From: Phycisphaerales bacterium
GTDB lineage: Bacteria > Planctomycetota > Phycisphaerae > Phycisphaerales > UBA1924
DNA length: 64,000 nucleotides
Direction of reading: 5' to 3'
NCBI GenBank assembly: GCA_041987545.1
Contig: JBHIWH010000006.1
Span: 100,078 to 164,077 of the forward strand
Shown: one piece after another, positions 8,868 through 17,659 of the stretch
Position numbering within the stretch: position 1 is the first letter of the stretch
How the letters are laid out: every line of letters begins with the position of its first letter
Notes under the pieces: generated by a model
Database searches by the model: none
Told to the model about the DNA's origin: nothing
What the model saw: the letters and a program-made list of their open reading frames with translations, nothing else
Program-made: the position numbers and the translations under genes

Positions 8868-10160
8868 ATGGCGTCGGTCGTCTTCTACTTCCAGGTCCAC
8901 CAGCCGCATCGTCTCAAGCGGTACTCCGTCTTCCACACGGACCCGTTCTACTTCGACGAGGCCAACAACAAGAAGATCTGCGAGAAGGTGGCGGAGAAGT
9001 GCTACCGCCCGACGACGCAGAAGATCCTGGACCTCGTCCGGCGCCACGAGGGCCGGTTCCGCGTCAGCTACGCGATCACGGGGACCGTGCTCGACCAGTT
9101 CGAGAAGTACTCGCCCGACGTGATCGAGATCTTCCAGCAGCTGGCCGAGACCGGGTGCTGCGAGTTCGTCGCCGAGACGTACTACCACTCGCTGAGCTTC
9201 ATCTACTCGCGTGCCGAGTTCCGCGAGCAGGTGGAGATGCACACGGCCAAGATCCAGGAGCTGTTCGGGCAGACGCCGACGGTCTTCCGGAACACCGAGC
9301 TGATCTACTCCAACGAGCTGGCCCGCGAGATCGCGTCGATGACGGACGCCGAGGGCAATCCCCGGTTCTACGGCGCCCTGTGCGAGGGCGTCGAGCGGCA
9401 CCTGGGCTACCGCTCGCCCAACTATGTGTATTCCCCGCCCGCCCCGAAGAACGGGGACGCCGACGGCGAGCCCCTGAAGGGCCGCGACGGGCGCCCCTTC
9501 GGCCTGCTGCTCAAGAACTACCAGCTCTCCGACGACATCGCCTTCCGCTTCTCCAACCGGGGCTGGTCCGAGTGGCCGTTGTCGGCCGAGAAGTTCGCCA
9601 AGTGGGTCCACCAGATCAACGGCGACGGGTTCCTGTGCAACCTGTTCATGGACTACGAGACGTTCGGCGAGCACCAGTGGGCCGACACCGGCATCTTCGA
9701 GTTCCTCGACAAGCTGCCCGAGGCGATCTTCGACGTCGCCCGGGGCGAGAACCACTTCAACACGCCGAGCGAGGCGCTCCGGCAGTTCGATCCGGTGGGC
9801 GAGTACGACGTGCCCGAGTTCATCTCGTGGGCGGACATGGAGCGGGACCTGACCGCCTGGCGCGGCAACGCGATGCAGTGGAACGCGCTCGAGGAGACGT
9901 ACAAGCTCGAGGCCCAGATCAAGGGCCGCGTCGTCGAGGTCAAGGCGTCCGCCGACCCCAAGCGGGCCGAGCACATGAAGCATGTTCTGAACGACTGGCG
10001 CAAGCTGACGACGTCGGACCATTTCTACTACATGTGCACGAAGTTCTGGTCGGACGGGGACGTTCACAAGTACTTCAGCCCGTACGATTCGCCGTACGAC
10101 AGCTACATCAACTTCATGAACGTGCTGGACAACGTGCGGACGCGGCTGGCGCAGGTCTGA
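8868..10160 (+). CDS. glycoside hydrolase family 57 protein (alpha-amylase-like)
   Basis: VVFYFQVHQPHRLKRY...FYFDE...NKKICEKVAEKCYRP is a GH57 N-terminal signature. ATG 8868 is preceded by ggagg at 8858-8862. Confidence 0.8.
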   Translation: MASVVFYFQVHQPHRLKRYSVFHTDPFYFDEANNKKICEKVAEKCYRPTTQKILDLVRRHEGRFRVSYAITGTVLDQFEKYSPDVIEIFQQLAETGCCEFVAETYYHSLSFIYSRAEFREQVEMHTAKIQELFGQTPTVFRNTELIYSNELAREIASMTDAEGNPRFYGALCEGVERHLGYRSPNYVYSPPAPKNGDADGEPLKGRDGRPFGLLLKNYQLSDDIAFRFSNRGWSEWPLSAEKFAKWVHQINGDGFLCNLFMDYETFGEHQWADTGIFEFLDKLPEAIFDVARGENHFNTPSEALRQFDPVGEYDVPEFISWADMERDLTAWRGNAMQWNALEETYKLEAQIKGRVVEVKASADPKRAEHMKHVLNDWRKLTTSDHFYYMCTKFWSDGDVHKYFSPYDSPYDSYINFMNVLDNVRTRLAQV

Positions 10161-10223
10161 CGAGCCTGTTGGGCTGCGTCGGGCGGCGGGGTACGCTGGG
10201 GTCTCACCACAAAGGAGAGGCCC

Positions 10224-11573
10224 ATGAACGTCGTCGCACGCGCGCTGGCCGTCCTTCTCACCCCGTCGCTGGTCACACTCGGGGCCGCCCAGCCGATCAC
10301 GTACCAGGGGAGCCTGGCCGAGGGGGGGCAGCCCGCCGACGGCCTGTTTGCCCTGTCGTTCTCGCTCTTCGACTCGGAGGCCGGCGGGGCGCAGGTCGGC
10401 CCCACGCTCTCCTTCGGGAGCCACCCCGTCAGCGCGGGGCTGTTCACGGCCGAGCTCGATTTCGGCGACGGGGTGTTCGACGGCGAGGAACGTTGGCTGG
10501 AGACCCGCGTTGACGGCACGACGCTCTCGCCCCGGACCCGCGTGACCGCGGCGCCGAAGGCAATCCACGCCGCGTTCTCTGACGCGACCCGCGGCATCAA
10601 CGTCGCGTCCAACGGCAACATCGGACTCCGCGTTGCCAACCCCCTCCACGACATCCACCTGGGACTGCCGTCGAGCGCGGGCGCGGGCATCTTCTTCGGT
10701 GACGGCTCCGGGCTCAACGGGACCAAGCTGTCTGTGTTCGGCTCCAACAACCAGATCTTCCGCATCAATCTCGACCCGAACGGGGTCTCGGGCTTCGAGC
10801 AGTTCGAGATCGCCTTCAACAGCACGCCGATCTTCATCATCGACGACGACCGCGTTATCACGACGCCGACGATCTTCGGCGATCAGGTCACGATGAACGA
10901 GGACCTCATCATGAACGAGAGGATCGTCATGGGGGCGCCGTTCTCGGTGGCCGCGATCGCGATCGACAGGAATACCCCGCAGACCATCTCGATCCAGAAC
11001 GACACCGGCGACGGGATCTCGATCGCGTGCCTCGACCCCGGCGGCGCCGAGGCGTTGTCGGCCGTCGCCCCGCTCGGGACCGCGGCGTTCCTCGCCGGGG
11101 AGGTTCAGATCATCGGCAATCTGTCCAAGAGCTCAGGGTCGTTCAAGATCGACCACCCGCTCGAACCGGCCCACAAGTACCTCTCGCATTCGTTCGTCGA
11201 GTCGCCGGACATGAAGAACATCTACGACGGCGTGGCGACGCTCGGCGACGGCGGGCGCGTAGAGGTGGTCCTGCCCGACTATTTCGAGGCTCTCAACACC
11301 GATTTCCGGTATCAGCTCACGTGCATCGGGGGCTTTGCGCCTGTGTTCATCGAGCGGGAGATCAGCGCCAACTCGTTCTCCATCGCCGGCGGGAGGCCGG
11401 GGCTCCGCGTGTCATGGCAGGTCACGGGCACGCGCCGGGACGCGTTTGCGTTGGGCAACCCGATCGTTGTCGAGGAGGAGAAGACGGGCGACGAGCGTGG
11501 GCGGTACCTGTACCCCCAGGGCTTCGGGGCGCCGGCCGAGGACGGCATCGGGATGGAGCGGCTGCGCCGGTAG
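10224..11573 (+). CDS. secreted hypothetical protein with tail-fibre-like N-terminal repeats and a conserved C-terminal domain
   Basis: The signal peptide is MNVVARALAVLLTPSLVTLGAAQP, and aaggagagg lies upstream of the ATG. The blocks ITYQGSLAEGGQPADGLFALSFSLFDSEAGG and FKIDHPLEPAHKYLSHSFVESPDMKNIYDG recall tail-fibre-domain proteins (from memory, not searched). Confidence 0.65.
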   Translation: MNVVARALAVLLTPSLVTLGAAQPITYQGSLAEGGQPADGLFALSFSLFDSEAGGAQVGPTLSFGSHPVSAGLFTAELDFGDGVFDGEERWLETRVDGTTLSPRTRVTAAPKAIHAAFSDATRGINVASNGNIGLRVANPLHDIHLGLPSSAGAGIFFGDGSGLNGTKLSVFGSNNQIFRINLDPNGVSGFEQFEIAFNSTPIFIIDDDRVITTPTIFGDQVTMNEDLIMNERIVMGAPFSVAAIAIDRNTPQTISIQNDTGDGISIACLDPGGAEALSAVAPLGTAAFLAGEVQIIGNLSKSSGSFKIDHPLEPAHKYLSHSFVESPDMKNIYDGVATLGDGGRVEVVLPDYFEALNTDFRYQLTCIGGFAPVFIEREISANSFSIAGGRPGLRVSWQVTGTRRDAFALGNPIVVEEEKTGDERGRYLYPQGFGAPAEDGIGMERLRR

Positions 11574-11575
11574 TG

Positions 11576-13246
11576 TCAGCCTCGCCGCGCCGCGGCCAGC
11601 CCCGCCCGGATCGCCTCGCGCTCGAAGACCGCCGCGTGCGTTCGGGTCGTGCCGAGTCTCTCGGCCAGCGCGTCCAGATCCTCGGGCGGGCCGCCGTCGA
11701 GGGCGAATCGTCGTTCGAGCACGAGGCGGCGCCGCTCGCCCAGGCCGGGCAGGGCGCCCGCGAGTCGTGGGTCGGGCTCGAGCCAGGCCTGCCAGGGCGC
11801 GAGCAGGCGCGTCCAGTCGGGGGCGGGCGCGTCGGCGCGGAGGCCCCGGGCCGCCCTGCCGTCGCGGGGCGTGGCGGTCGGCCGCGAGCGGGCCCACTGG
11901 GTCGCGTGGCGCCCGAGGGCGATCGAGGAGGGCGCCGCCAGGCGTCCGCCGCGGCTGGGGTCGAACCGGTCTACGGCTTCGGCGAGCACCGCGACGCCCC
12001 CCACCAGCAACTCTCGGAGGCCCCGCGTGCCGAGGGACTGCGGGCGCACGCCCTCGCCCTCGAACGTGTCCAGGATCAGGCGGAGAAGCGGGTGGACGAG
12101 CGCGGCCTTGAGGCGGGCGGCCCATCGGAGCGCGGTCTCGGCCCGGTCGATCTCGCGTGCCGAGGGCGCCGCGGGGTCCAGGCCCCCGATTATCCGGGCG
12201 GCGTCGAAACGCAGGTAGTGGTACGCGATCGTGCGCGCCGCCTCGACGGGCGCCGGGACGGTCCGCCGCTGGCTGACGGCGTCGAGCAGCTGGCCGAGGG
12301 TCGCCGTGCCGGGGACGAAGGGGCCCGAGCGGACGGCGTCCGAGCCGAGCAGCACCTCGCCCGCGTCGTCCCTGGCGAACGTGGGCAGCGATGGGCCCCG
12401 CAGGTCGAGCGCCCGCAAGCGGTCGGCGCGCTCGGCGAGGACCGCGCGGAGCACGCCTTGGCGTGGTCGCCCGGTGCGCTGCGCGATCGCCGAGGGCTCG
12501 ATGCCGCGCGCCAGGGCGCGTGTCCACACCGCCCGCTCGTGCCGCGTGGGCGGGCGGGGGTCGTCGAAGATCACGGGCTCACCTTGGGCTCTGGCCTCGT
12601 CGTCGCGACGGCGCAGCGCCTGGCGGACGCCCTCGTGCGAGCGGTCGAACCGGAGCGCGAGCCGCTCGGCGGCTTCGTTCAGGCTCAGCCCGAGGCTGGA
12701 GCGGTACCGCGCCGCCCGGCGGGCGAGCCGCGCCTCCAGCCCGGGTTCGATCCTGCTGAACGCGCCGGCGGCCCGGACCCGCTCGCCCTCGCGCGTCTCG
12801 AACGCCTCGACGTTGCCGACCGGGAAGAGGAGCCGTTGCACGCCCGAGTCGCCCACGACGCGGTGGGCGATGAGCCCCCGGCGGCGGTACCGCTCGATGG
12901 TGCGGCGCCCGACGTTCCATCGGGCGCACAGGCCCTCGATGTCCAGCGCGCCCGGCCCCGCGTCCTCCGGCGTGCGGTGGGCCGCGATGGTGAGGCGCTC
13001 GACCAGCGCCGACAGATCGCCCAGCAGCGCCTCGCCCACGAGCGAGGCGGGCTCGTCGATGTCCGGGCGGTAGCCGGTGAGGCGGAAGACGAACCAGTCC
13101 TCGGGGTAGGCGCCGGCGGGGTCGAGCTCGGAGGCGAGTCGTTCGGCGGCGGCGATGTGGCGGTCCAGCGCCTCGCGGGGGGCGAACCGGAGCTGGGCCG
13201 CCAGTTCTTCGAGCGCCCGGGTTCGCAATCGCGCCCTCGGCGGCAT
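11576..13246 (-). CDS. atypical sigma-70-like protein with a long N-terminal multi-HTH extension
   Basis: The C-terminal third resembles sigma region 2 (LAEAVDRFDPSRGGRLAAPSSIALGRHATQWAR) and region 4 (ERRRLVLERRFALDGGPPEDLDALAERLGTTRTHAAVFEREAIRAGL). The N-terminal part has excisionase/MerR-like HTH segments (CARWNVGRRTIERYRRRGLI). Confidence 0.55.
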   Translation of the reverse strand: MPPRARLRTRALEELAAQLRFAPREALDRHIAAAERLASELDPAGAYPEDWFVFRLTGYRPDIDEPASLVGEALLGDLSALVERLTIAAHRTPEDAGPGALDIEGLCARWNVGRRTIERYRRRGLIAHRVVGDSGVQRLLFPVGNVEAFETREGERVRAAGAFSRIEPGLEARLARRAARYRSSLGLSLNEAAERLALRFDRSHEGVRQALRRRDDEARAQGEPVIFDDPRPPTRHERAVWTRALARGIEPSAIAQRTGRPRQGVLRAVLAERADRLRALDLRGPSLPTFARDDAGEVLLGSDAVRSGPFVPGTATLGQLLDAVSQRRTVPAPVEAARTIAYHYLRFDAARIIGGLDPAAPSAREIDRAETALRWAARLKAALVHPLLRLILDTFEGEGVRPQSLGTRGLRELLVGGVAVLAEAVDRFDPSRGGRLAAPSSIALGRHATQWARSRPTATPRDGRAARGLRADAPAPDWTRLLAPWQAWLEPDPRLAGALPGLGERRRLVLERRFALDGGPPEDLDALAERLGTTRTHAAVFEREAIRAGLAAARRG

Positions 13247-13250
13247 CGCG

Positions 13251-14090
13251 CTACGCGCCCGCTCCGGCGTGCTCGGTGTCGGCCCAGACGGGCTCGACGC
13301 CCGGGGCCGCGCCGATCGCCGCGGCCCGCTTGAGGAACTCGCCGACCGCCTCGCGCTCGCGCGGGCCGACGTCGTAGCGGAGCAGCTCGCCCACGTACCC
13401 GCGGGCGAGGTCGGTCGGCCAGTGCTTGCCCGGCGCCCGGTCGGTGACGATCCGGTCCAGCCGCGCCTCGTTGCGTCGGCGCTGGCGGTCGAGCAGCGCG
13501 GCGGCGGCCGTGACCCGCTCGTCGCCCGCGGCCGAGGCCTTGCAGGCCCAGACGGCGTACACGAAGGGCAGCCCGGTCAGCTCGCGCCACTGCTCGCCCA
13601 GGTCCAGCTGATGCGGGTAGCCCGAGGTGGGCACGCCGCCCGAGACGACCTTGTCGCCGATGAGCAGGACGGACTCGGGCCAGTCGTCTGGCTGGGCGGA
13701 GCCGGCGTCGAAGGGGACGACGGCAGGGGTGGCGCCGAAGCGCTCGGCGAGGATGATCCGGGCCAGCGCCACCGAGGTGTGGCTGTCCGAGTCGGTGTGC
13801 AGCCGCGTGATCGATTCGGGCTCGACCCGCGAGAACAGGCGGACGGTCAGCGTCGGCCCGTCGCACCCGATCATCCCGACGGGGAGCAGGGCCAGCGGCT
13901 CGGGGCTGGTCGCGGCGTCGATCACCGAGACGAGGGCGATGTCGGCGGGGTTGTCGGCGTCGAAGAGCCGCCCGGCGAGGGCCGCCGGGACGTGCGTCTC
14001 GAGCTCGAGGTCGGCGCACGCGTCGAGGCCCTCGATCAGGGGGGCGGTGTTCAGGAAGCTGACGCAGGCGACGCGGACGGGGCTGTCCAT
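13251..14090 (-). CDS. mqnA: chorismate dehydratase MqnA (futalosine-pathway menaquinone biosynthesis)
   Basis: VRVACVSFLNTAPLIEGL...IALVSVID...LPFVYAVWA are MqnA hallmarks. ATG 14090 was chosen; the track ORF extends to 14549 through Arg/Pro-rich non-coding-looking sequence. Confidence 0.85.
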   Translation of the reverse strand: MDSPVRVACVSFLNTAPLIEGLDACADLELETHVPAALAGRLFDADNPADIALVSVIDAATSPEPLALLPVGMIGCDGPTLTVRLFSRVEPESITRLHTDSDSHTSVALARIILAERFGATPAVVPFDAGSAQPDDWPESVLLIGDKVVSGGVPTSGYPHQLDLGEQWRELTGLPFVYAVWACKASAAGDERVTAAAALLDRQRRRNEARLDRIVTDRAPGKHWPTDLARGYVGELLRYDVGPREREAVGEFLKRAAAIGAAPGVEPVWADTEHAGAGA

Positions 14091-14532
14091 GTGTGACTCT
14101 AGGAGATCCGGGCGGTCGGGCCCGGGCCGGTCGGGCCCGGAACGGGGGTGTGGACCGGGAATTTCCCGGTCGTTGTCGCGGAATTGTGGTCGCCCGCCGG
14201 AACATCCGGCACATTCGGTACACGCGGACGGGCCGTCGTTGGGTAGGCGAGGACCCGTCCGCAGAATGACACCCCGGCAGGCCGTGCGTTCACCGGCTCG
14301 TCGAGGATCAGCGTGGGAGGCGCTCGCGGGACGGAGCGGCGTGTTTGATGAGTCCGGTGCCCGGTCGCCGATGAGCCGAGCCTGGATCCGCCGCTGAAGT
14401 AGGCAACGCCCGCCGCGGCGGGCGGGACCCCGCGAGACCTGCCTACCCACCCGGCGTCGGGCTGCTCGTTCAGCCCGGCGTCGCTTTTTTTGCGCGCACG
14501 GTGTTGACGCCCGTGTTCTGTACACTCGGGCG

Positions 14533-15228
14533 ATGGGGTCGTCGAACAAAGCGTCGCCCGGAGACCTGGCGCTCGTCGGCGGGGGCGGTCACGCCCGCGT
14601 CGTCGCCGAGTGCGCGGCACTCGCCGGATGGCGGCTGCTGGGCGTCTTCGACGACGACGAGACGCCGGCGCTGTGCGCCGCGGACGCGGGCCCGGGGCCG
14701 TGTCTCACGCGGCTGGGCGGGACATCGGAGCTGAGTGAGAGGCTCGCCGCCTCGGCCTCGTTCGGCTCGGCCTCGTTCATTGTCGCGATCGGTTCGATCA
14801 CGGTGCGTCGGCGCCTGCTCGACGCGCTGCCCGACGGGTTCGGGGAGCGGGGCGGGATGGTCGTGCACCCGTCGGCGGTCGTGTCCGGGGCGGCCGACGT
14901 CGGGCCGGGCGTGCTGATCGGTCCGGGGGCGGTGGTCAACACGGGCGCCTCGGTCGGCGCGCACGCGATCATCAACTCGGGCGCGATCGTCGAGCACGAC
15001 GTGGAGGTCGGGTCGGGCGTGCACGTCGCTCCGGGGGCCGCGGTCGGGGGGAGCGCCCGCCTGGGCGAGGACGCGATGATCGGGCTGGGGGCGCGGGTGC
15101 TGCCCGGCGTGCGCGTGGGCGCGGGCGCGCTGGTCGGCGCCGGCGCCGTGGTGACGGCGGACGTCCCGGTCGGGCGACGCGTCGCGGGCGTGCCGGCGCG
15201 AGAGATCGGGTTCGCCGAGGACTCGTGA
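14533..15228 (+). CDS. NeuD/PglB/VioB family sugar O-/N-acetyltransferase (left-handed beta-helix)
   Basis: The N-terminal Rossmann-like segment is DLALVGGGGHARVVAECA. It is followed by hexapeptide repeats (IGPGAVVNTGASVGAHAIINSGAIVEHDVEVGSGVHVAPGAAVGG...). Confidence 0.85.
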   Translation: MGSSNKASPGDLALVGGGGHARVVAECAALAGWRLLGVFDDDETPALCAADAGPGPCLTRLGGTSELSERLAASASFGSASFIVAIGSITVRRRLLDALPDGFGERGGMVVHPSAVVSGAADVGPGVLIGPGAVVNTGASVGAHAIINSGAIVEHDVEVGSGVHVAPGAAVGGSARLGEDAMIGLGARVLPGVRVGAGALVGAGAVVTADVPVGRRVAGVPAREIGFAEDS

Positions 15229-15231
15229 GCG

Positions 15232-15672
15232 TCAGCCGTCGGAGCCGGACTCGGAGAGCTGTGCTTCCAACTCGCGGGCGCGGTCGATCAGATCGGCGTC
15301 GAGCTGCTCGGGGGGCGTGACGCTCTCGGCCTCGGGCTCCAGGTCGAAGTGCCAGTGGACCTCGTTCTGGAAGCGGTGGGGCAGGGCCTCGGCGACCAGG
15401 TCGATGCCGGGCCACTCGTGCACGGGGGCCTTGGCCTTGCGGCAGGTCTGCACGGGCTCGTACCCGTCCATCTGGATCTGGATGTCGTAGTCGCCGTAGA
15501 ACGTGAACGCGGTCTGCACGGGCGTGCGTCCGAGTTCGACGTCGTTGAGCCAGACGCGGGCGCCGGGCGGCTCGGTGGTGACGCGGATCGTCCGCTCGAT
15601 GCACCCGGTCAGGGGGAGAGCGCCCGCGAGGGCGGCGGCGGTGAGCAGGATCGGGCGGGCCCGGCGTCGCAT
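15232..15672 (-). CDS. PEGA domain lipoprotein
   Basis: The lipobox is LPLTGC. The PEGA-like block is VTTEPPGARVWLNDVELGRTP...YDIQIQMDGYEPV. Confidence 0.75.
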   Translation of the reverse strand: MRRRARPILLTAAALAGALPLTGCIERTIRVTTEPPGARVWLNDVELGRTPVQTAFTFYGDYDIQIQMDGYEPVQTCRKAKAPVHEWPGIDLVAEALPHRFQNEVHWHFDLEPEAESVTPPEQLDADLIDRARELEAQLSESGSDG

Positions 15673-15730
15673 GGGCAGCAGCGTAGCGGGCGGGGGGCGG
15701 GCCGGCCATCGGGCCCCAGGTGTGACCGCC

Positions 15731-17473
15731 TCAGGGGCAGCCGGCGCCGAAGGCGACGAGCAGGGCGAAGACGTCGGAGAAGTTGTACAGCCCGTCGGGC
15801 TCGAGGTCCGCGGCGCGGTCGGCGGCGGCGAAGGCGGTCATGAAGCCCAGCACGTCGTCGAAGGTCAGCGTGCCGTCGCCCGTGAAGTCGGCGGGGCAGG
15901 CGTGGACCGTGATGGATTGGTTGACGGGCAGGTCGTGCAGCTCGGTGATCAGGCCCGTGTTCCAGACGACGCGGAGGGTGTCGATGGTGGTCGCGTCCGC
16001 GAGGCCGAAGTGGGCGGTGGGCTCGGACTGGGAGAGGTAGTTGGAGCCGGGGGACATCCAGCGGGTGAGCGTCAGGTCGCCGGCGGTGACCTCGACGCGG
16101 GCGCCGAAGCCGTCGGGCGCGGAGCGTGGGTCGGCGGCGGTGTCCAGCAGGACGCGGAGCCAGGCGTTGTCCGTGGACTCGGTGTCGCTGATCGCGTCGT
16201 TGCGGTACAGGACGGCGGGCGAGCGGTTGGAGGTGAACAGGGCGTCCTGGTCGCCGTCGTTGTCGATGTCGAGCGTGACGATGCCGCGGCCCTGGGTCTC
16301 GTGGACGAGGCCGACGGCGGCGGCGGACTCGGTGAAGACGAGCGAGCCGGAGTCGGCGAGCTGGTTGAGGAAGACCTTGGAGAAGCCGACGATGTTCGAC
16401 CAGCCGTTGGTCTCGAGGATGTCGGTGTCCGAGTCGAGGTCGAGGTCCACGAGGACCGTGCCCCAGCCCCAGTCGCCCCGCCAGACGTCGGCGCCCTGGG
16501 AGGACTCGACGAAGACGTGCCCGCCCTGGCCGACGTAGAGCATGTTGCCGAGGCCGCCGGACTGGATGGAGGTGACGTACCAGTCGAGCACGCCGTCGTT
16601 GTTGACGTCGCCGACGGCCGAGCCCATGCCGTTGAGGTCGAGCCCGGTGCCCGAGGCGGCGGTCTGGTCGGAGAACGTGCCGTCGGCGTTGTTGACGAGG
16701 TAGCGGCTGGTTCGGAAGTCGGCGGCGTAGAGGAGTTCGGGGAAGAGGTCGCCGTCGGTGTCGACGATGCGGGGGCTGAAGCCGTGGACATCGACGAGGT
16801 CGATGAGGATGGCCGAGTCCGTGACGTCGGTGAAGCGGGGGACGCCGTCGGGCCCGTTCCCGTCGTTGCGGAAGAGGCGGTTGGAGCGGGAGCCGGTAAT
16901 CCATCCGGCGGTGAGGAGGTCGAGGTCGCCGTCGAGGTCGTAGTCGCCGAAACAGGCGCCGAAGGCGTCGGGGATGGTGAGGCTGGTGGTGTCCACGCCG
17001 GCGGTGGAGGCGGCCTGGGTGAACGAGAACTGGCCGGTGGGGTCGGGTCCGTTGTTGAGGTAGAGCAGGTGGGCGCCGATGGTCAGGGCGCCGTGGGGCC
17101 CGAAGCTGGCGACGAAGACGTCGGGGTATCCGTTGTCGTCCACGTCGCCGACGGCGATGCCGCCCCCGACGTGGGCGATGTCGACGCCCCAGGCGGCGGA
17201 CTGGTTGGTGAACGTGCCGTCGCCGTTGTTGATGTACAGGTGGTCGGGCCCGTCGCCGCCGGCGAGGACGAAGAGGTCCTGGAAGCCGTCGCGGTTGAAG
17301 TCGCCGGCGGCGGCGCCGGCGGCCATGAAGGTGGAGGGGGCGCCGCCCGGGCCCTGGAAGGTGCACGAGACGCCGCTGGCGGCGGTGGCGTCGGCGAAGC
17401 CGAGCGTCTGGCCCGAGCAGAGGCCCGGCGCCACGGCGACCACGCCCGAGAACACGGCGGCGGCAACGCGCAT
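15731..17473 (-). CDS. CRTAC1/ASPIC-UnbV family FG-GAP (VCBS) repeat protein with a C-terminal dockerin-like anchor module
   Basis: It has repeated FG-GAP motifs (GDFNRDGFQDLFV, GDVDDNGYPDVFV, GDYDLDGDLDLL, DTDGDLFPELL, GDVNNDGVLDWYV) and an UnbV/ASPIC block (ARVEVTAGDLTLTRWMSPGSNYLSQSEPTAHFGL). The C-terminus is CPADFTGDG...ADLEPDGLYNFSDVFALLVAFGAGCP. The start was set at MRVAAAVFSG, a signal peptide. Confidence 0.85.
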   Translation of the reverse strand: MRVAAAVFSGVVAVAPGLCSGQTLGFADATAASGVSCTFQGPGGAPSTFMAAGAAAGDFNRDGFQDLFVLAGGDGPDHLYINNGDGTFTNQSAAWGVDIAHVGGGIAVGDVDDNGYPDVFVASFGPHGALTIGAHLLYLNNGPDPTGQFSFTQAASTAGVDTTSLTIPDAFGACFGDYDLDGDLDLLTAGWITGSRSNRLFRNDGNGPDGVPRFTDVTDSAILIDLVDVHGFSPRIVDTDGDLFPELLYAADFRTSRYLVNNADGTFSDQTAASGTGLDLNGMGSAVGDVNNDGVLDWYVTSIQSGGLGNMLYVGQGGHVFVESSQGADVWRGDWGWGTVLVDLDLDSDTDILETNGWSNIVGFSKVFLNQLADSGSLVFTESAAAVGLVHETQGRGIVTLDIDNDGDQDALFTSNRSPAVLYRNDAISDTESTDNAWLRVLLDTAADPRSAPDGFGARVEVTAGDLTLTRWMSPGSNYLSQSEPTAHFGLADATTIDTLRVVWNTGLITELHDLPVNQSITVHACPADFTGDGTLTFDDVLGFMTAFAAADRAADLEPDGLYNFSDVFALLVAFGAGCP

Positions 17474-17659
17474 CAAAGTCGACCCCACTGAACGGTCGGC
17501 GCGCGGCACGGCGGAGCCGCCGATCGCACGCCTCGGACCACGATCCGGAACCCGCCTCAGAGAGACCACAAGACCCTGGGCGGGGGATCCCCCCCAGAGT
17601 ACCACCCGGGGGTGGGGGGGCCAACAGGAATCAGATCCTCGGGCCCGGTCGAGGGCGGG

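Noticed and set aside
10224-13246. That the tail-fibre-like protein plus the HTH-rich sigma-like/excisionase-like protein mark a prophage or integrated element.
   Set aside because: There is no integrase, terminase, capsid, portal or att-like direct repeat, no tRNA target, and no visible compositional shift. The neighbours are GH57 and mqnA.
14504-14526. TTGACG (14504-14509) and TACACT (14521-14526), read as a sigma-70 promoter for the NeuD-type gene.
   Set aside because: The spacer is only 11 nt, against the 16-18 nt a canonical promoter needs. The TACACT box ends 6 nt before ATG 14533, so a leaderless transcript from a -10-only promoter remains possible, but I cannot support that from the sequence alone.
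17582-17593. The perfect palindrome GGGGGATCCCCC downstream of fcl, as a possible terminator.
   Set aside because: No U-tract follows it on the minus strand, which is the fcl sense strand. The stem is short, and G/C homopolymer palindromes are easy to get by chance in this composition.
15503-17624. Two long ORFs (15503-17491 plus strand, 662 aa; 15609-17624 minus strand, 671 aa) overlapping the CRTAC1/FG-GAP gene.
   Set aside because: Both are G/V/E/A- or R/P-rich artefact frames. The third frame (15731-17473, minus strand) has regular FG-GAP repeats, an UnbV block and a signal peptide.
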